DNA of 64,000 nucleotides from Bacillota bacterium (GTDB lineage: Bacteria; Bacillota; Sulfobacillia; JAJZIM01), in contig JAJZIM010000004.1 of assembly GCA_021810565.1 (NCBI GenBank), forward strand, positions 13,300 through 77,299, given 5' to 3'. This document shows positions 42,538 to 52,169 of this stretch, in pieces; the first letter of the stretch is position 1, and the number at the start of each line of letters is the position of its first letter. The position numbers and the translations under genes are program-made. The notes under the pieces are model-generated. The model was not told the origin of the DNA and did no database searches. It worked only from the letters and a program-made list of their open reading frames with translations.

Positions 42538-43212
42538 CTACGCGGGACGCGGGGCCTCCGCCGGTCGCCGGTTGGCCCGCACGCCGCCGTACAGGAGCAG
42601 CACCCCCACCACCTGGGCCAGGAAGAAGAGGACCGGGAGGTTGTAGGCGGCCATGGTGTCACCCATGCTGTAGACCACGCCGCCCAAAAGGATCAGCAGG
42701 GGCTGAATATGGCGCGTGCGGATGGCGGAGACCAGCGCTCCCAGCACCATGGCGCCGGCTCCCAGGGTCCCCAGCACGGCGAAGCCGATGAGCACGATGG
42801 GGGAAGGCGTCACCTTCTGCACAGTGGTCGCCGCCTGGAGTACGTGCTGCAACGCGCCGGCGGATAGCGCGGCGGAAGCCGCCCCGTAGATGGTGAGCAG
42901 GGTCAAAAGGCCGATGATGACGGTATAGACGTTGGCCCAGCGACGGGAGGCCAGCAGGTACATGGTTCCCACGCCCATGAAGGCGGGCACCACGCTGGCC
43001 AGGATCAGATAGAGGCGATACAGCCCGGCAGGCCACATCCCCTGGGCGAAGGCGACGAACTGGCTCAGGGCGGCCACCGCCGTCACCAGGAAGGCGATGG
43101 TCCACCACAGGCTGTAGATCCGTCGCTTGCGGCTGTACTGCCCTCCCAGGACCACCATGACCGTCGCCGCCACCAAGGCGGTTACCAGTGCGAACCAGGC
43201 ATTGGGATTCAA
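42538..43212 (-). CDS. polytopic membrane protein (7 predicted TM)
   Basis: 224 aa, uniformly hydrophobic. No family recognised. Confidence 0.65.
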   Translation of the reverse strand: MNPNAWFALVTALVAATVMVVLGGQYSRKRRIYSLWWTIAFLVTAVAALSQFVAFAQGMWPAGLYRLYLILASVVPAFMGVGTMYLLASRRWANVYTVIIGLLTLLTIYGAASAALSAGALQHVLQAATTVQKVTPSPIVLIGFAVLGTLGAGAMVLGALVSAIRTRHIQPLLILLGGVVYSMGDTMAAYNLPVLFFLAQVVGVLLLYGGVRANRRPAEAPRPA

Positions 43213-43271
43213 TCAGTCCAGCTCCTTCCCGCTAGGAATCGACAGGGCTCGCCGCAGCGAGCCCCTCCGTT

Positions 43272-43436
43272 TCAGGCCGACAGGACGATCAGTACCGAAC
43301 TCACGGCCAAGGCCGCGATGGCCACCACCGCGATGCCGAAGGAGAGGGGCCCCAGGATGCTCAGGATCCAACCCACCAGCATCAGGCCGATGGCCACCGG
43401 GAAAGCCTTGGGGATGTGCGGCAACATCAATCTCAT
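43272..43436 (-). CDS. small membrane peptide (54 aa)
   Basis: Not in the ORF track. MRLMLPHIPKAFPVAIGLMLVGWILSILGPLSFGIAVVAIAALAVSSVLIVLSA. Confidence 0.35.
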   Translation of the reverse strand: MRLMLPHIPKAFPVAIGLMLVGWILSILGPLSFGIAVVAIAALAVSSVLIVLSA

Positions 43437-43615
43437 CCTCCTCTTCGCTTTCCTGCCCCCATCATATGAGCCCGTCCCAGAAATGTCAAGCCGCCCCGTC
43501 GCTCGAGGGCATCCGCTGGGCGCGGCGGTCGTCGTCTCCCATAGATCACCTCCTTGGCCGGCAGGATTTCGCCCTTTTTGTGCAGAACAAACTTGCTAAA
43601 GTTCGGAAGGGAGCG

Positions 43616-43903
43616 ATGAACTTGAACTCCGTGGTGTACGACGTGATGATGGTGGTTCCGGAGCTACTCATAGGCGTCATCTTCGCCCTGGTGGCCGCCA
43701 AACTCCTGGACGTGCGCTTCCCCGGCGGGCTCGGCGGCGGCATGGTCCTGGGGATTGCCGGGGCCTTCGCCGGCGAACTCCTGCTGTTCGCCATCCCCCA
43801 GGTGGCCGCCAGCGTCAACCTGCAGCACGCCCTCTTCGGAATCTCCGCCGGGGTCTTCGCCATCGCCTTCCTGGCGGTGGGCGCCCGCTTCGCCCGCCGC
43901 TAA
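43616..43903 (+). CDS. GlsB/YeaQ/YmgE-family small membrane protein
   Basis: 95 aa with Gly-rich TM helices (GGLGGGMVLGIAGAFAGELL). ATG after GGAAGGGAG. Confidence 0.6.
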   Translation: MNLNSVVYDVMMVVPELLIGVIFALVAAKLLDVRFPGGLGGGMVLGIAGAFAGELLLFAIPQVAASVNLQHALFGISAGVFAIAFLAVGARFARR

Positions 43904-44394
43904 GGACTCCGGGCCAGGGAAGACAAAAGATCCGCCTCGCGGGGACGCACCAGGAAGACCTCCCGCCCACCCTGCAGCGCCGCGTAGTAGCCGTCCCCGG
44001 AGGGGGCGGGCCCTCCCAGGAGCAGCGTGCGGTGTGCGCCTCCCACCGAGGTCAGGGTCAGCACGAGTTGCGGTCTGGTGAGGCCGAAGGCCTGCTTTTG
44101 GCCACCCAGCGAGGTGACCGACCGGCGCGGAATTCCCGCCAGGGCGCTCAGGAAGGGATCCACCCGGGCCGTGGCGTTACCCTGGCTTCCCCCCCGCACC
44201 CATTCCCCACCGCGACGCAGGAAGCTTACTTGGACCGCTCCGAACCGTTCATAGACCGCCTGCACCCGGCGGGGCGACACGGCCAAGAGGGAGTCCGTGG
44301 CGGGATGCGGCTTGGCCGCCAACTGCCGGCCCACCACCAGGGCGCCCAACACTAGGGCGCCGGTTAGCAAGAGCCAGATGCGCCGGGTGTCCAT
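43900..44394 (-). CDS. DUF4340-like protein (GldG partner)
   Basis: N-terminal TM segment, then an extracytoplasmic domain. Lies directly downstream of the GldG-like gene. Confidence 0.55.
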   Translation of the reverse strand: MDTRRIWLLLTGALVLGALVVGRQLAAKPHPATDSLLAVSPRRVQAVYERFGAVQVSFLRRGGEWVRGGSQGNATARVDPFLSALAGIPRRSVTSLGGQKQAFGLTRPQLVLTLTSVGGAHRTLLLGGPAPSGDGYYAALQGGREVFLVRPREADLLSSLARSP

Positions 44395-44396
44395 CC

Positions 44397-45866
44397 CTAT
44401 CGCCTCCCCCACCAGACCATCCCCGCCGCCAAGAGCAGTCCCAGGGGCAGGAAAACCACTGTCACGTAGAAGATCAGACGCTGGTGGGCCGGGGACAGGA
44501 TCAGGTGCGCCGAGCCACCCCCCGCCGCGGCGGCCGCGGCGGCCGCCTGGGGCCGGGCCAGCCAACCCACCGCCCGCAGGAACAGCTGACGGTTGCCCAA
44601 GGAGTTGTTCTGGTTGTCGGCAAAATCCGCGTCCCCGGCGAGCACCAGTTGCCCCCCCTTCCCATCCACCGCCGTGAGGAGGCTCACCCGGCCCAGCGGC
44701 GGCGTCCCCGGTCGCGGGCGGTTCTGTCCCGCCGGCAAGAGCCAGGTTTGCGGACTGGTTAGGACCAGCGGATGCACGCTGACCCCCTTTACCGCCCTCT
44801 CCTGCCGCACCGCCGCCGCGGTGGGAAAGTAGGTGGCCGGCAAACCCAGGGTCAGGGGGCTGAAGCCATAGCCGGTCACCAACGGGGTCAGCGGGTCTTG
44901 CCCTCCCAGGTTGTCCTGGGAGTCGTAGACCGTGCGACGGGAGAAGTCCATGCCGAAAGGGGCGACCAGCGGCGCGAACACGGACGCGTCGGAGGGTTCC
45001 GCCAAGAAGAAGGCCTTGCCGCCGCGCTGGAGGTAGGCGGCCACCTCCCTCACCTCCCCCGCAAGGAAGGGCACCCGGGGATCGGCCACCACCAACACCG
45101 CGCAATCCCGGGGGACGCGCTGCCGCGCCGCCAGATCCACCGTGCGCACCCGGTACCCCTGGTCAACCAAGGCCTTGGCCGTGCCGGCGTACCCCGGGCC
45201 GGTGATGTCCGCCGCTTGGCGCTCCCCGTGACCGCCCAGCAGGCAAGCCGTGGCCGGCTTGGCCGTCACGTCCACCAGGGCCGCCGTGAAGGCGGCCTGC
45301 CCGACGGCCAGATCCGGCACCTGTTGGCGGGTGGAGCCGCCGGCAAAGACGATGGCGCCGGGATTGCGCACCCCGTAGCGCTGGGCCAGGGCCGGCTGAC
45401 GGTTGGGATCGACGAAGCGCAGCCGGATCTCGGAGGAGTGTCGGGCATACTGTTCCAGGAGCAATTTGGCCGTGGCACCCTGCCCCGGCCCGTAGAAGGC
45501 CAGTATCTTTACCGGCTGACGCATAGCGGCCAGAACCTGACGCGTCTGGGGCGTCAGGGTGTAGCGGGAGGCGCGAGTCAGATCCCAGTGCACGTCCGCT
45601 CCCGCCGCCAGAACGTTCAGGAGCACCAGGCACACCACGAAGATCAACGCCGTGAGGGCGGTCTGTCCGCCCAGGCGCGCTCCGCGCCGGGCCGTGCCCC
45701 CCACCCGCCGCCCCCCGGCCGCCAGATAGGCACCCAGCAGGACCAAGGCGCCCAGGGCCAGCCAGATCCAAGCCGGCCCCAGAAGGCTCCCCGCCGACGC
45801 GCTGACCAAGGCGGCCAAGGCCAAAACGAGTCCGGTGGCCCCCAGCCAGGCTACCCGTTCCGGCAT
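44397..45866 (-). CDS. GldG-family ABC-transporter auxiliary protein
   Basis: TM segments at both ends. YTLTPQTRQVLAAMRQPVKILAFY...FVDPNRQPALAQRYGV pattern. ATG after GGAGGTGAG. Confidence 0.7.
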   Translation of the reverse strand: MPERVAWLGATGLVLALAALVSASAGSLLGPAWIWLALGALVLLGAYLAAGGRRVGGTARRGARLGGQTALTALIFVVCLVLLNVLAAGADVHWDLTRASRYTLTPQTRQVLAAMRQPVKILAFYGPGQGATAKLLLEQYARHSSEIRLRFVDPNRQPALAQRYGVRNPGAIVFAGGSTRQQVPDLAVGQAAFTAALVDVTAKPATACLLGGHGERQAADITGPGYAGTAKALVDQGYRVRTVDLAARQRVPRDCAVLVVADPRVPFLAGEVREVAAYLQRGGKAFFLAEPSDASVFAPLVAPFGMDFSRRTVYDSQDNLGGQDPLTPLVTGYGFSPLTLGLPATYFPTAAAVRQERAVKGVSVHPLVLTSPQTWLLPAGQNRPRPGTPPLGRVSLLTAVDGKGGQLVLAGDADFADNQNNSLGNRQLFLRAVGWLARPQAAAAAAAAGGGSAHLILSPAHQRLIFYVTVVFLPLGLLLAAGMVWWGRR

Positions 45867-45870
45867 CGGC

Positions 45871-46572
45871 TCACCTCCATCGCCGGCTCTCCAGGGACAG
45901 GACCGCAAAGAACAGGAAGGCCGCCGCCATGCTCAGGAAAAACGCCGTGTCCGACAAAGTCCAAAGGCCCTGGGACAGGGCCGTCAGGTGGGTGGACAAG
46001 CCCAAGGCGGCCAGGAAAGCCCCCACCGGCGGTCCCACCGCCAGGCTGATGGGCTGCAGGAACCACAACAACAGCAGCACCACGAAGGAGAAGACCCCCG
46101 CCACCACCTGGCTGTCGGTGAGGGAAGAGACGAATACCCCCACCGCCACCGACACCGTGGCCAGGAGAAACAAACCCAAGTAGCCTCCCAGCACCTGCCC
46201 CGGGTCCACCCCCCCGAAGACCAGGAGGATCAGCGGGTAGAGGACGGTAAGGGCCAACAGGCCCCCCACCAAGGCCAGGCAGGCCAAGAATTTCCCCAGC
46301 ACCACGCCAATCTCCGAGACCGGGGTGGTTAGGAGCAGCTCCACGGTGCCCCGCGCACCCTCCTCCGCCAACAGGCGCATGGTCAGGAGGGGGGTCACCA
46401 GGAGCGAAAGCACCGCGATGTCCTGAAAGGTGAGACCCAGGATGCCGGGCTGGCCGCTCAAGACCGCCACGGAGAACAGGTAGCCGTTGCCCAGGAGGAA
46501 AGCCGCCGCCAGGATGTAGGCCAAGGGGGTGGAGAAATAAATGTAGAGTTCCTTGCGCAGCACGGCGCTCAT
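45871..46572 (-). CDS. ABC-2 type transporter permease
   Basis: MSAVLRKELYIYFSTPLAYI, 6 TM segments. ATGA overlap with the ATPase gene. Confidence 0.8.
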   Translation of the reverse strand: MSAVLRKELYIYFSTPLAYILAAAFLLGNGYLFSVAVLSGQPGILGLTFQDIAVLSLLVTPLLTMRLLAEEGARGTVELLLTTPVSEIGVVLGKFLACLALVGGLLALTVLYPLILLVFGGVDPGQVLGGYLGLFLLATVSVAVGVFVSSLTDSQVVAGVFSFVVLLLLWFLQPISLAVGPPVGAFLAALGLSTHLTALSQGLWTLSDTAFFLSMAAAFLFFAVLSLESRRWR

Positions 46573-47519
46573 GCCGCACCATCCCCCGTGAGGCGCAGGA
46601 AGGCCTGCTCCAGGTCCGGCACCACGGCCGCCAGGGAACGCACCTCCCAACCGGCCTCCACCACCCGACGCACCACCTGCTCCCGCACCAGGCTATCCTG
46701 CCGCCCCTCCACCACCAGCAGGCAGCGGACCACCCCCGGCTCTTCCCCGGTCTCCTGGCGCACCTCGGCCACGCCGGTCTGACCCTCCAATAGGGAACGC
46801 ACCTCAGCCGCGGGACCGCGCACCTCCAGCCGCACCAAGGTTTGATCCGGACGGGCCGACAGCCCCAGGTGCTCCAGGGAGTCCTCGGCCACGATGCGCC
46901 CCTCCTGAATGATGATGGCCCGCCGGCAGATCAGGCTGACCTCCGCCAGGATGTGACTGGCCACCAACACCGTGTGGTCGCGCCCCAGCTCCCGGATGAG
47001 TTCCCGGGCCTCTACGATCTGGCGGGGATCCAGCCCGTCGGTGGGCTCGTCCAACAAAAGCACCGCCGGCCGATGCACCAAGGCCTGGGCCAGCCCGACC
47101 CGCCGGCGGTACCCCTTGGACAGCTTGCCGATGAAGGTCCCGGCAACCTCCGCCAAGCAGCAACGCTCCATGGCCTCCTCCACCCGACGGCGCCGGTCGC
47201 CGCGGGGCACGCCCTCCAGGGCCGCCATGTGGTCCAGGTACCACCGCACCGGCAGTTCCGGGTACAGGGGGGTATGCTCCGGCACGTAGCCGGTGAGGCG
47301 CCGGGCCGCCCTGGCTTCCCGAAACAGGTCCACCCCGCCCAGCCGCACCTCCCCCGCCGTGGGCGGCAGGAAGCCGGCCAGGATCCGCAGGGCGGTGCTC
47401 TTACCCGCGCCGTTGGGGCCCAGAAAGCCCACCACCTCCCCCTGAGCCACGGTGAAGCTGACGTCGTCCAAGGCCCGCCGCTCCCCGTAGGTCTTGCTCA
47501 GGTGGCTTACCGCGATCAA
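46569..47519 (-). CDS. ABC transporter ATP-binding protein
   Basis: GPNGAGKST, LSKGYRRRVGLAQAL, LLLDEPTDGLD. Confidence 0.9.
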   Translation of the reverse strand: MIAVSHLSKTYGERRALDDVSFTVAQGEVVGFLGPNGAGKSTALRILAGFLPPTAGEVRLGGVDLFREARAARRLTGYVPEHTPLYPELPVRWYLDHMAALEGVPRGDRRRRVEEAMERCCLAEVAGTFIGKLSKGYRRRVGLAQALVHRPAVLLLDEPTDGLDPRQIVEARELIRELGRDHTVLVASHILAEVSLICRRAIIIQEGRIVAEDSLEHLGLSARPDQTLVRLEVRGPAAEVRSLLEGQTGVAEVRQETGEEPGVVRCLLVVEGRQDSLVREQVVRRVVEAGWEVRSLAAVVPDLEQAFLRLTGDGAA

Positions 47520-47887
47520 GACGGTCTCCCCCGCAGGCTGAAAAGGTAGTCGGCCAGGTCGGCCGCCTGGCTGTAGTGCAGGTCCGGACGGTCCAGGGGC
47601 ATGTTCAGCTTGATGTAGGCCGCCACCTCCCGGCGGTCGCGGTAGGTTCGGCGGAACAGATCGGTGTCCAGGGCCGGGGCGGTTCCCCCCTCACCCCGCA
47701 CGCCGTGGCAGCTGGCACAACGCGCCGCGAACAGCCGCGCGCCGCGGCTGACCTGCGCGGACCCTGCGGGCACCGGTCCCGTGGGCAACGGATTTCCGAA
47801 GCCGCCCGACAAGGCCGCGACCAGGAAGGCCAGACCCAAGGCGACCACCAGACCGCCGACCACGGTGAACCATCCTCTCCGGTCCAT
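47516..47887 (-). CDS. membrane-anchored c-type cytochrome
   Basis: N-terminal TM segment and CASCHG heme motif. Confidence 0.8.
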   Translation of the reverse strand: MDRRGWFTVVGGLVVALGLAFLVAALSGGFGNPLPTGPVPAGSAQVSRGARLFAARCASCHGVRGEGGTAPALDTDLFRRTYRDRREVAAYIKLNMPLDRPDLHYSQAADLADYLFSLRGRPS

Positions 47888-47902
47888 TTGGCTACACCTC
47901 GC

Positions 47903-48022
47903 TCATGGTTCCAAGGGGTGACGGGGCAGGGTGGTACCCCAGGTGGCCAGATCGCCGCTCAATACCCCGTAGAGCAGGCCGAAAAGCGCCAGCACGGCCA
48001 GCACGAAGATCAAACGGCCCAT
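47903..48022 (-). CDS. tiny membrane peptide (39 aa)
   Basis: MGRLIFVLAVLALFGLLYGVLSG. The start overlaps the upstream stop (TGATG). Low confidence. Confidence 0.3.
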   Translation of the reverse strand: MGRLIFVLAVLALFGLLYGVLSGDLATWGTTLPRHPLEP

Positions 48023-48555
48023 CACGCCGTTGCCGCCAGCCGCCGCAGGGCCGGCAACACGTTGTCCAGCCCCCACGCCCCGACGTACTCGTAGGTGATC
48101 ACCCCTCGGGCATCGATGAGGAACACGGCGTGATCCTGGGGCACGTGCCAAGGGCGGACGAAAGCCGCATCCCGGAAAGGATCCACATAGATGAAGGCGA
48201 TTTGCCGCCCGAACTGGGCCTTGAGCTGCCGGAAGAGCATGATCTCGCGCCCACCCTCGGTGCCGTCGGCCGCGGCGTCAATGAGCAGCGCCACCGGCTT
48301 CCCCTGGTCCAGGGCTTGGGCCACCGTCTGCCGCTGCAGATTGGCCGCCACCGAGGCGTGCAGGCTGGTGAGTTCCAGCGGGGTCAGGCGCCGAGGCCGA
48401 CCGTGGATCTTCACGACCTCCCCAACGACCCAATTGTTGGTCATGGCCGGCATGACCCGGCTGCCCACGGGCGGCGGGCCGGCCACCGCTCGCACCGCGC
48501 ATCCCGTCATCCCCAGGGTCACCGCCAACAACAAAAAAGTTTCTATCCACCGCAT
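48022..48555 (-). CDS. lipoprotein, possibly thioredoxin-fold, without CXXC
   Basis: Lipobox LGMTGC. No redox cysteine pair visible. Confidence 0.5.
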   Translation of the reverse strand: MRWIETFLLLAVTLGMTGCAVRAVAGPPPVGSRVMPAMTNNWVVGEVVKIHGRPRRLTPLELTSLHASVAANLQRQTVAQALDQGKPVALLIDAAADGTEGGREIMLFRQLKAQFGRQIAFIYVDPFRDAAFVRPWHVPQDHAVFLIDARGVITYEYVGAWGLDNVLPALRRLAATA

Positions 48556-48567
48556 GGGGCCACCTCC

Positions 48568-48798
48568 TCAGCGCAACAGGAAGCCGTACCAGAAGAGGAA
48601 GGCGGCAAAGATGAAGACTACGGTAGTGGACAGCGGCGCCAGAGGGCAGACGGCGTGGTAGCCCACCAGGCATTTCTTTTCCCAGTTGCGGCGCATGGGC
48701 CAGTACCGGGCCGGCAAGGCCGTGAAGATCCCCAGCGCCACCACGCTGATCAACCCGAACCCCATGCAGACCTCGGCGATCAGATTCACCAGCCCCAC
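48568..48798 (-). CDS. small membrane protein
   Basis: 76 aa, 2 TM helices. Confidence 0.45.
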   Translation of the reverse strand: MGLVNLIAEVCMGFGLISVVALGIFTALPARYWPMRRNWEKKCLVGYHAVCPLAPLSTTVVFIFAAFLFWYGFLLR

Positions 48799-48801
48799 CG
48801 C

Positions 48802-49287
48802 CTAGCCACCCCCCAAGTGGCGGGAATGCTCCTCGATGGCGGCCACGGCCTGACGGCCCAAATCGGCCCAGAAGAAGCCCTCCCGCACCGTGCCTCCCGC
48901 TGGATCGGAGCCCTCCACCACCAGGCCACGGTAGAAGGTGTGCCAAAAGGAATCCTGACGTCGCACCTTGGCCACCCGGGCGATGCTCAGACGCACCTTA
49001 CCGTCCCGGCGCAACACCCGGATGGCGCGTCGGCGCAGTTCCACCGCGGCCGAGGCCGAAGGCACCAGGCGCAGGTAGGAAAGGACCGAAGCTCCGTTGA
49101 TCAGCGCGAACAGCAGCAGCACGGGCACCGCCCAGGCCCGATCGGGCGGGCTCCAGATGATCAGCGGCACGGTGTAGCTGGCCCACCCCAGGAGGATGGC
49201 CACCAGCCCCCCCGCCATCAGGTAGTTGCGCCGAAAGGGGAAGACGCGCACGGCTTCCCCTTCCTCCCGCTTGCTCCGCTTCTTCAA
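48802..49287 (-). CDS. membrane protein
   Basis: 161 aa, 2 TM helices plus a soluble domain. ATGA coupling with the upstream gene. Confidence 0.45.
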   Translation of the reverse strand: MKKRSKREEGEAVRVFPFRRNYLMAGGLVAILLGWASYTVPLIIWSPPDRAWAVPVLLLFALINGASVLSYLRLVPSASAAVELRRRAIRVLRRDGKVRLSIARVAKVRRQDSFWHTFYRGLVVEGSDPAGGTVREGFFWADLGRQAVAAIEEHSRHLGGG

Positions 49288-49832
49288 CGCACCTCACGCT
49301 CCGCCGAAACGGCCGCAGCGCGCTGGTTGGCACGACGCCCCCACACCGTCAGGAACACGTTGCCGATGAAGCTCCAGTAACCGATGCCCATGCCGATGGC
49401 CCCAAAGATGACCCCGACGTTCAGCCACGAGTAGCGCGCCATGGCCGCCAGGTAGGTGTGTCCAGCCTGCATGTAGAACCCCTCGGTCAGCCCCAAGGCC
49501 ATCAGGAAGGCATAGAACAGGTAGGCGCCGGTGAAGGAGAACCAGAAGCTGCCGTCCGCCAGGCGCATGCTGTAGATGGGACGACGGGCCGCCCGGGGCA
49601 GCAGGTAGTAAAAGGTTCCCATGAGGGCGGTGGTCACTCCCCCCACCAGGGTGATGTGGGTGTGGGCCAAAGGATCGATCCAGGCCCCCGCCAGCCCCGT
49701 GGCCAGGATCCAGGCATGGACGGGGGGCAGGATCTGGATCACCCCTTGGACCGTGCCGATGAGCAGGCTGAACGCAGCCAGCAGGAAGTACTTCACCGTC
49801 GAGGCGTCGTAGGCGCGGATCTCCTCTTCCAA
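49284..49832 (-). CDS. short heme-copper-oxidase subunit I-like membrane protein
   Basis: 182 aa with about 5 TM helices. PLAHTHITLVGGVTTALMGTFYYLLP resembles helices I-II of oxidase subunit I. Far shorter than a catalytic subunit. Confidence 0.55.
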   Translation of the reverse strand: MEEEIRAYDASTVKYFLLAAFSLLIGTVQGVIQILPPVHAWILATGLAGAWIDPLAHTHITLVGGVTTALMGTFYYLLPRAARRPIYSMRLADGSFWFSFTGAYLFYAFLMALGLTEGFYMQAGHTYLAAMARYSWLNVGVIFGAIGMGIGYWSFIGNVFLTVWGRRANQRAAAVSAEREVR

Positions 49833-49850
49833 AGGACTATCCCCTTTTCC

Positions 49851-50066
49851 TCATTGATACCGACGCGGCTGGGCCGGCAGCAATAGCCCGATGATCGCCC
49901 CCACCACCAACCCCAGGACGGTCCCCACCAGGGTGTCCAGCCAGCCGAAGGTGGAGTTGTGCATGTCGGTGGCGATGGCCCCCACCGTGAAGCCGCAGAA
50001 CATACCCACCGCCGTAACCGTCAGGAGGATCACCACGAACTGCTCCCCTTTGTTCACTTTCTGCAC
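49851..50066 (-). CDS. small membrane protein
   Basis: GTG start after AAAGGAG. 71 aa, 2 TM helices. Confidence 0.4.
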   Translation of the reverse strand: MQKVNKGEQFVVILLTVTAVGMFCGFTVGAIATDMHNSTFGWLDTLVGTVLGLVVGAIIGLLLPAQPRRYQ

Positions 50067-50097
50067 CGTTTTTCGCTCCTTTCCCGACTCTCCCGCC

Positions 50098-50577
50098 TCA
50101 GGCGGCAGGAGGTTTGTAGAAGATGTACAGGAAGGCGTAGGCCAGGTAGGCCGTGGCGGCCGATCCAACGAAGAACCACAGGGTGAGCTTCCCCACCCGC
50201 CGGTGCCGTCGGCCTTCCTCCCCGAGCAGCACCCGGCGTCCGCCGCGGCGGCCGCTGAACTTGAAGCCCAGCGCCACCGACACGGCGCACAGGAACAGGG
50301 CCAGGGTGGACACCAGGGAATGGACCAGGATCAAGGGTATGAACAGGAAGTGATAGACCACGGGAGGACCGCCGAACCGCACGTAGCCGTAGGTCAGGGC
50401 CATCACCATGTAGGAGCCGATCCACCCGAACACCACGGCCGTGGCCAGGAGCATCATCCAGTGGTGCGCGTCCGCGCGATGGCGGCGGACCGCCGCGTAC
50501 CCGATCCCCCCCGCCGCCAGCAGGGCCGCCTCCGTCAGCAGGATCAGATGCCACCAGAAGGCCCCTACCTCGGCCAC
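50098..50577 (-). CDS. DUF420-like membrane protein (oxidase-associated)
   Basis: 159 aa, 4 TM helices. Family assigned by recall only. Confidence 0.55.
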   Translation of the reverse strand: MAEVGAFWWHLILLTEAALLAAGGIGYAAVRRHRADAHHWMMLLATAVVFGWIGSYMVMALTYGYVRFGGPPVVYHFLFIPLILVHSLVSTLALFLCAVSVALGFKFSGRRGGRRVLLGEEGRRHRRVGKLTLWFFVGSAATAYLAYAFLYIFYKPPAA

Positions 50578-50673
50578 CTCCCCCCTAGCTGCGGAAGATG
50601 CCCAGCACCGCCCAGGCGAACACCCCCAGCACGCCCAGCACCACCAGGGCCGCCACCAACTGGGTGCTCATCT

Positions 50674-50823
50674 TCAGAAGTCGAAGAAGTCCGGCAGGCC
50701 CGGCACCGCCGCGCCGCCCGGCTCCAGGTGGAAGTAGGTGAGCAGGAACACCACCAGGGCGAAGCCGCCCAGGGCTCCCAGCACCCACTTCAGCACATCC
50801 CACGAGAACACGCCTTGGTACAC
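50674..50823 (-). CDS. tiny membrane peptide (49 aa)
   Basis: Not in the ORF track. VYQGVFSWDVLKWVLGALGGFALVVFLLTYFHLEPGGAAVPGLPDFFDF. RBS GGAGGAAGGGAG. Confidence 0.3.
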   Translation of the reverse strand: MYQGVFSWDVLKWVLGALGGFALVVFLLTYFHLEPGGAAVPGLPDFFDF

Positions 50824-50837
50824 GCTCCCTTCCTCCT

Positions 50838-51275
50838 TTAGGTGTTGGGCATCTGGAACTGATCGTGGCTATTGGCCGGGGCCTTGAGGGTGGTCAGGAA
50901 GACGGCCAGGGCCTTGATCTGCACCGGCGTCAGGTGCCGCAGCGGGTAGCCCATGCCGGGGATTTGCCGCCCGGTTCCCTGCAGGTAGGCGTAGATCCAC
51001 GCTTGGGAATGGCGGCCCCCGATCCCGCCCAAATTCGGCCCGCCGCCCAGGGCCTGATCGATATCGCCCAGGGTGTTGTACACCATGTGGCACTCGTCGC
51101 ACTTCATGGATAGGAAGACCTGCTGCCCCTCCATGGCCTGAGGAGTCAGGCGGGTGGGATAGCGGGTGGTGGGCCCGGGCAGAAACTGCTCGTAGGCGTA
51201 GATGCCCGCCGCCACCAGGAAGATCGCCACCGCCGCGACCACGAACAGCTTCTCCCCCAAACGCCAGGTTTTCAA
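50838..51275 (-). CDS. membrane-anchored monoheme cytochrome c
   Basis: N-terminal TM segment and CDECHM heme motif. Confidence 0.75.
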   Translation of the reverse strand: MKTWRLGEKLFVVAAVAIFLVAAGIYAYEQFLPGPTTRYPTRLTPQAMEGQQVFLSMKCDECHMVYNTLGDIDQALGGGPNLGGIGGRHSQAWIYAYLQGTGRQIPGMGYPLRHLTPVQIKALAVFLTTLKAPANSHDQFQMPNT

Positions 51276-51484
51276 CCTCGTTCCCCCCGCGGCGGACCGG
51301 CGGGAGGCTGGCGCTGGAATATCTTGTCATCCTCCTCGGTGAAGATCTGGTACTTGATCGCCTCGTCGAACTGCCCCTCGCGCTTCGCCCACCGCACGCC
51401 GATGACGGTGCCCACCAGGGCCAACATGGCGAAGACGATCCAGATGAAGATCACCAGGTTGCCGGGAACGTTGATCTCGAGCAC
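51272..51484 (-). CDS. ccoS: CcoS/FixS-like cbb3 oxidase maturation protein
   Basis: Single TM segment followed by RWAKREGQFDEAIKYQIFTEEDD, the characteristic CcoS signature. Confidence 0.7.
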   Translation of the reverse strand: MLEINVPGNLVIFIWIVFAMLALVGTVIGVRWAKREGQFDEAIKYQIFTEEDDKIFQRQPPAGPPRGERG

Positions 51485-51496
51485 GGATCCACCTCC

Positions 51497-51946
51497 TCAC
51501 TGTCCGGGGGGCGCCGGATAGGTGTCGGCCCCCGGCAGGCTCCTCAGCCCCTCCAAGAAGGCCACCATCTCGCGTTTCTCCTGCGGCGTGTACCGGCGGA
51601 AGGCGGTGGCGTACTTCCCATTGTGCAGAGTGCGGGCCACCACCGCTCCCGGGTCGTTGAAGAAGGCGGTGAGCCAGCGCGCGCTGCGTCGGGTCCCCTC
51701 CCCGTCCAGCACCGGACCGGCCGTGGTCGTGCCCTGACCCATGATCATATGGCACTGCCGGCAGCCCTGGGCCACCATGAAGGCGTAGCCCCGCTGGGCC
51801 TGGGGCGTCAGGTGGTAGTACTTCAGGGTGAGACCCGCCCCCGGAAAACGGTGGGTGACCCCCAGCAGGAACAGCACCGCGAACACCGCCAAGAGCCCGC
51901 CGCTCAGGGCCAAGACGAAGGATTCCCCGGGCTTGAGCTTGCCCAC
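51497..51946 (-). CDS. membrane-anchored monoheme cytochrome c
   Basis: N-terminal TM segment and CRQCHM heme motif. Confidence 0.75.
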   Translation of the reverse strand: MGKLKPGESFVLALSGGLLAVFAVLFLLGVTHRFPGAGLTLKYYHLTPQAQRGYAFMVAQGCRQCHMIMGQGTTTAGPVLDGEGTRRSARWLTAFFNDPGAVVARTLHNGKYATAFRRYTPQEKREMVAFLEGLRSLPGADTYPAPPGQ

Positions 51947-51947
51947 C

Positions 51948-52169
51948 TCAGATCAGCTTCCCCATCAAGAGTTGCAGCACGGCGTCGGTGAAGAAGATCA
52001 AGAGACCCACGCCTCCGAAGATCAGGATCAGCCGCTCGCCGCTCTTGAGCGGTTCCGCCTGTCCCCTCAGGATGTACCAGGCGAAGGCCACGAAGAGGAG
52101 CACGGCGGTGGTCAGACCCCAGAAGATGTCCCGGGACATCACCATGCTCAGGTTGCTCACGCGCCGCAC
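51948..52169 (-). CDS. small membrane protein
   Basis: 73 aa, 2 TM helices. Confidence 0.45.
   Translation of the reverse strand: MRRVSNLSMVMSRDIFWGLTTAVLLFVAFAWYILRGQAEPLKSGERLILIFGGVGLLIFFTDAVLQLLMGKLI

Noticed and set aside
50585-50671. 28-aa peptide MSTQLVAALVVLGVLGVFAWAVLGIFRS
   Set aside because: Plausible as a tiny oxidase-associated membrane peptide, but it cannot be supported from sequence alone. The 72-aa track ORF containing it has an implausible Arg/Gly-rich N-terminus.
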